The notes under the pieces: generated by a model
What the model saw: the letters and a program-made list of their open reading frames with translations, nothing else
The model's database searches: none
What the model was told of the DNA's origin: nothing
Assembly: GCA_030248215.1 (NCBI GenBank)
Contig: JASANG010004128.1
Location: 248,001 to 312,000, forward strand
Origin: Enoplolaimus lenunculus
Lineage: Eukaryota
Length of the DNA stretch: 64,000 nucleotides
Direction of reading: 5' to 3'
Translations under genes and position numbers: made by a program
Shown: in pieces, positions 60,601-64,000 of the stretch
How positions within the stretch are numbered: position 1 is the stretch's first letter
Layout of the letters: each line of letters begins with the position of its first letter

Positions 60601-63453
60601 ACGGAGTCAAACACGCATAATCAAATTAAATTTTAATAATTAAAAAATAGAATAGACTAGAACTTTGTGTTTTTCGATGCCTGGTAAAGTAGACAATTCG
60701 AAATTGCGGCCTGCCGCTGTCGACCAGTTTTCTTCTGTATGCATGGACGTTGGCTGGTTCGTCAGTGTTTCACAGTGGTCATTTCCCTTGAACATGGCCA
60801 TTTCAAATTGCCTGACTTGAATGGATATCCTATATCTGTCGGTTTTGTGTTGGCTGCTAGTGAGAACATGACCGATTTTCCAGGTACAGGTTAGGTTGGC
60901 GATATGCAGTTCGCATGTGGCTGTTTCTTCTTCTCGCATCACTCTTCTCTAGGTTTCCACTTCAAATTGAATGGTCGTGTGTAATTGGTGCATTATTCTG
61001 TGAATGCTCAATTGTAAATTATCGTTTTCGTTTCCTATCTAGTGTCAAATTTACGAAACACAAACGTAATGATGCAGGAAATATCTCTTTCGACAGGACA
61101 CCTATTACTGGAAGAAGGCTAATGGTATTAAGTCGTAACATCTTACTGGTTTGTAAGTTAGCGCAGACGAAAAAAATAAAAAATTCACAAACATACTTTG
61201 AATCGTATGCCAATAGCATCGCGAGCCGTCTTCGGTAAAAGCAAAAGGCATTATGCATGCGAACTAATGTTCGACCAGATATCTGACTCATGCTGCAACT
61301 GGTGTTAATGAACTAGCATATGCTCCAAGAAACACATTTGGTATACTGGAGCCATTGTATGAACTCATTATATAACATCACTTCCTCATGAAGTCAAGTA
61401 GTTTATCAATAATTTCATTTTACTTTTTATGGCATGACGTGTTTTCGGCTAGAAACGGATACTAATGCGTTTGCCGTTTTGCCCGAATTAAGCAATAATG
61501 CAAATAGAGTAATCCATGTGCCATATCACAGTTCGTATTTCGTTCATACCTGCTCCAATCGGCGTGTGGTCGCAATAGTTCTATTTTGAACGATTCGGCT
61601 TTTAGTCAGTCAGCATATGTGCTGAACGATTTAAAGTTTTAAAAAAAGTGTTGGGATTTGTGTTAAATAAATTATCAGATCACAAGGCCACATTTTTGGT
61701 GAAGAATAGTAGTATAAAGATATTTTTAATTCGACCATTTCAGAACGAACAAGGGTTTTGGAGTTGGGATACCTGAAAACACTCCTTGTTTATGGTTTTA
61801 ACACTTTCGGCTATTAATCCCAGTACACTAATGGTAATCTGACTAAAATTGTGTGTGAATGGTTATTGCTGAGCTGTTATCTATTTTAGAAGACCTCAAC
61901 CAAGAGCAGCAACAAGTGCGACATTTGGAGGCCGATATGGAGCGGACAATATCTGATATACAAAATTTATAGCCGAAACATCACGTAGCTAATACAGTCC
62001 TTTATAGTAGCCTGGCTGTTGGAAACTAATATGCTTGCAGTTTGTACTATTACAGAGTTCATTACGAAATTTATAATATGTCGCTAATAATCTATATTTT
62101 TTCTTATTGTTAATTAAAACTTTATTATGAAAAGTTCACTGGTATGATTATTTCACCTTAAAATTAAGAAAATCCTTGAACGATTGTTTGTGCGGTAAAT
62201 TAAATTGCAAGTATGTTTCTGACCAACCGCTATATATGATTGTGCTATACTGCAATTATCAGGGAACCCCCGGGTATTTAAAATATATAATGCTATGGGC
62301 AACAGTTAACACAAGACCTCCTTGAATATTCAAGAATATTTGGATATGTCGCATTTAGCTGAAAAGTTTAAAATGAAAACGTTCAATCATCGAAAAAAAT
62401 TTCTTTCCTATCTAACGAAAGGCATGGTAATATTGCTGGAAACGAACCCGTTGTATCTATCTAGCCAAAGTGCTATTGTTCATTGTTATTGTATCTCAGA
62501 TCATTTTGCTGCCTGAATTATATAGGTTTTCTGTGCAATATCGTCCGCATATATATTCGTTAATATGTGTTTGCTTTTTCATTAATATTGTTTTAACAAT
62601 TTTTTCACTACTAATGCTGCATGTCTAATTAGTCCAATAGTAACGTTACGGAGTATTCTTTAAAATTACTCCTGAACGCAAATTGACGAAAAAATTTCGC
62701 ACTGGAAACTAGTTTTTAAAACAAAAACAAAACATTTTGGCTACAAATGCAAATGAAAAAAATTCCCTTCCACATCTGCGTAGTAGCGCAGGGGGGACTA
62801 TAACAGTGCCGTTTCTGCAACAATGCGAATTCAAGAAACTTTGATTCTTTTTACTACCAATCAAACTTAACCGACGTTGCATCAATAACCGTTGTTTTTC
62901 TGAACACTTGGTAATCTAGCTATTTCGCCGCCCTGTATATGCCCACATTCTATTTTGTTTTGGGTGTGATACTGATATTACTGTGCATGTTTGCCTAGCT
63001 GAAGTGTTGGTAGAGGAGTAGTAAGGGACAAACGCTGTTTTCCGATGGATATTTTTTGTACATAAATGACTGAAATTTGAACAGTCAAAGCATTTATTGT
63101 AAAATATACGAGTTATAAGTTGCAATGTTGTTCATGTAAACTATGTCGTTGGTGAAATTGCGCGCGAGTATAGTTTGTGTTGTGTCGGTCCAAAATTTCA
63201 GTGCTAATGGCTTTCCAATTTTGTCACAGATAATCGTAATGTATAATTGTAACGGTTTATGTTCAATGAAGTCTGAGTAGTAGCAAGAGTTCCAAAATGT
63301 GTGTTTTTCATTGCGCAATGTCCTTAATTTTTTATGTGTATGGTCAGTTTAACGTTATCTATTCTTTCAGACGAATTGCTACACGAAAAGGAAAATTACT
63401 TCACCATCTCGAAAGAACTCGACGAGACCTTTCAAGAACTTGCATCTATCTAA
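30553..63453 (+). CDS. lev-11: Tropomyosin (lev-11-like), extensively alternatively spliced; 284-aa long and 252-aa short isoform classes
   Basis: Exon sizes 114+126+134+118+71+139+70+80 = 852 nt = 284 codons, the canonical tropomyosin length. Contains [43 protein letters not shown] and [23 protein letters not shown]. Confidence 0.97.
31349..31474 (+). CDS. lev-11: Tropomyosin exon 2 ([42 protein letters not shown])
   Basis: 42 codons, tttcag acceptor, GTATGT donor. Confidence 0.92.
31647..31813. mobile_element. MITE family A copy (left arm truncated)
   Basis: Matches the right arm of 13908-14116. Confidence 0.75.
32321..32618. repeat. Near-perfect tandem duplication, period 157 bp
   Basis: 32321-32461 versus 32478-32618. 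Confidence 0.9.
32805..33345 (+). repeat. Tandem array, ~31-38 bp unit, core AATTGACGGYTGCCGTC
   Basis: Read directly; units become more homogeneous toward the right end. Confidence 0.9.
34900..35345 (-). repeat. Same array family, reverse orientation
   Basis: GACGGCAACCGTCAATTG units. Confidence 0.85.
35615..36165. repeat. Three diverged ~200-bp tandem units
   Basis: AATTCACAGGG..CGGT and AAAATTTTGGCC.ACCTAGAACT each recur three times. Confidence 0.8.
37600..41080. repeat. Diverged segmental duplication (about 37600-38350 versus 39980-41080) with internal subrepeats
   Basis: Shared CTCACACTCGGATTCAGAT..., TATTCAACAAGTACCTATGAAATAATATAAAATTGC and CTTTCAGTGGATGCTCGTTATATTCGTTTGAT blocks. 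Confidence 0.8.
39045..39745. repeat. Direct duplication (about 39045-39310 and 39502-39745) ending in a GC-rich GGCTACGGGCC-type MITE end; similar ends near 445-488, 33605-33650 and 33805-33835
   Basis: About 110 nt nearly identical between copies, followed by a diverged shared tail. Confidence 0.75.
41671..42060 (-). repeat. Same array family, reverse orientation
   Basis: GACGGCAACCGTCAATTG units. Confidence 0.85.
42325..42832 (+). repeat. Same array family
   Basis: TTTCAATTGACGGTTGCCGT units. Confidence 0.9.
44203..44346 (+). CDS. lev-11: Tropomyosin alternative first exon 1b, short isoforms ([48 protein letters not shown])
   Basis: QTSLLDxLKKKMRQ is typical of nematode short tropomyosin; GTATGT donor, phase 0; not in the ORF track. 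Confidence 0.92.
44553..44731 (+). mobile_element. tRNA-derived SINE, second copy
   Basis: GGTTTCCGTGGCGCGGTGG head, GTTAGAAACC, shared body. Confidence 0.6.
44761..45150. mobile_element. Same hAT-like MITE family, opposite orientation, right end degraded
   Basis: Starts CAGGGTGCAACCGGAATTACAATTTACCGGAACC, the reverse complement of the 46072 end. Confidence 0.7.
45687..46072. mobile_element. Young hAT-like MITE
   Basis: Perfect 18-bp TIR CAGGGTGCAACCGGAATT and perfect 8-bp TSD TATGTAAT (45679-45686, 46073-46080). Confidence 0.9.
46857..46990 (+). CDS. lev-11: Tropomyosin exon 3a ([45 protein letters not shown])
   Basis: 134 nt, AG/GT ends. Confidence 0.95.
47918..48051 (+). CDS. lev-11: Tropomyosin exon 3b, mutually exclusive ([45 protein letters not shown])
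   Basis: 134 nt, same phases as 3a, GTATGT donor. Confidence 0.88.
50744..50861 (+). CDS. lev-11: Tropomyosin exon 4a ([39 protein letters not shown])
   Basis: 118 nt, AG/GT ends. Confidence 0.9.
52525..52642 (+). CDS. lev-11: Tropomyosin exon 4b ([39 protein letters not shown])
   Basis: 118 nt, AG/GTAAAT ends. Confidence 0.9.
52894..53011 (+). CDS. lev-11: Tropomyosin exon 4c ([39 protein letters not shown])
   Basis: 118 nt, AG/GTAATT ends, same phases as 4a and 4b. Confidence 0.87.
53681..53751 (+). CDS. lev-11: Tropomyosin exon 5, constitutive ([23 protein letters not shown])
   Basis: 71 nt, tttcag acceptor, GTAAGT donor. Confidence 0.96.
54182..54320 (+). CDS. lev-11: Tropomyosin exon 6/7a ([46 protein letters not shown])
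   Basis: 139 nt, AG/GT ends. Confidence 0.92.
55658..55796 (+). CDS. lev-11: Tropomyosin exon 6/7b, highly diverged ([46 protein letters not shown])
   Basis: 139 nt, open frame, ttttattgaag acceptor, GAG/GTAT donor, 22/46 identity to exon 6/7c. Confidence 0.75.
56815..56953 (+). CDS. lev-11: Tropomyosin exon 6/7c ([46 protein letters not shown])
   Basis: 139 nt, AG/GT ends. Confidence 0.94.
57801..57870 (+). CDS. lev-11: Tropomyosin exon 8, constitutive ([23 protein letters not shown])
   Basis: 70 nt, ttttag acceptor, GTAAGC donor. Confidence 0.96.
59321..59400 (+). CDS. lev-11: Candidate atypical terminal exon 9a ([26 protein letters not shown])
   Basis: AG acceptor after a tactgac branch-like motif, correct phase, 26 aa to TAG; weak similarity only. 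Confidence 0.35.
60365..60447 (+). CDS. lev-11: Tropomyosin terminal exon 9b ([27 protein letters not shown])
   Basis: 83 nt, canonical 27-aa C-terminus. Confidence 0.9.
61890..61972 (+). CDS. lev-11: Tropomyosin terminal exon 9c ([27 protein letters not shown])
   Basis: 83 nt, ttttag acceptor, 27 aa. Confidence 0.85.
63371..63453 (+). CDS. lev-11: Tropomyosin terminal exon 9d, muscle-type ([27 protein letters not shown])
   Basis: 83 nt, tttcag acceptor, 27 aa. Confidence 0.92.
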
Positions 63454-63887
63454 ACCGGGGATTATACTGGCAACCACCATACTTTTCTGTTGTATTTCGC
63501 TCCTTGAGTTTTATTTCTTACGCAATATTTCATGCATTGGTATTTACAAAGGAATTACAACATACCTTGATTGTTAGAACCAATCATGTTGACAGCTTGC
63601 CTTCAAGTGTCAGTTAAATTTGAGAGTTCTCAAACACAAATGGTAATCCTAGCTTTGCTTTTATAAACTAGATCTGTAAACATGGTTGAAATTTTTCGGT
63701 TGAGAGTTCGCTTCAAAATTTAATCAGACAATCAACACAGCAGTTAGTTACTGATTTCGTTATTTCCTGGCGAGGGTGCTGCGCTTTGTGTCATTGTTTT
63801 ACTATTATTTAATCAAATTGCTGCTTTTGCATTCTGATTTTTTAGATGCCGTAGAGTTAATTTCGTCCGAAGGGTTTCATTTATATG

Positions 63888-63893
63888 AATAAA
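63888..63893 (+). terminator. Candidate polyadenylation signal for exon 9d
   Basis: AATAAA about 435 nt after the stop codon. Confidence 0.4.
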
Positions 63894-64000
63894 ATTATAG
63901 TTCAGTCGTACACATTTGATGAGGCGATATACAGTTTATTCTCATTGTAAAAAGGTTGTCCAGGTACATACAACCGGAAATTTTCCTCCAAATCCGGCAG

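Noticed and set aside
30553..63453. Several tandem tropomyosin genes
   Set aside because: Exons 5 and 8 are single-copy and all variants are interleaved in order, which indicates one gene with mutually exclusive exons

Overview
Eukaryotic, AT-rich, intron- and transposon-rich DNA. It is most likely from a nematode or close relative; this is inferred from tropomyosin exons that closely resemble C. elegans lev-11, TTTCAG-type acceptors and interstitial TTAGGC tracts. Three spliced genes were rebuilt by hand with phase-consistent GT-AG junctions. (1) A GABA-B receptor subunit 1 gene on the minus strand: 14 exons, 11888 to 841, continuing past the left edge. (2) A SCHIP1-family gene on the minus strand: 9 exons, about 905 aa, 23473 to 14817. 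(3) A tropomyosin gene on the plus strand, 30553-63453. It has two alternative N-termini, mutually exclusive exon clusters of 2, 3 and 3 exons, and 3 (possibly 4) terminal exons. Several alternative exons are strongly diverged yet keep exact length, phase and heptad register. One is a hidden third 139-nt exon at 55658-55796 that is missing from the ORF track. Together these may encode an atypical tropomyosin. Tropomyosin intron 2 holds an apparent 10-kb inverted-repeat element with a 7-kb relative nested inside in opposite orientation. The rest consists of MITEs (CACTG-type, hAT-like, TA-flanked), DINE/HINE-like elements and tRNA-derived SINEs. No bacterial or CRISPR system is supported.
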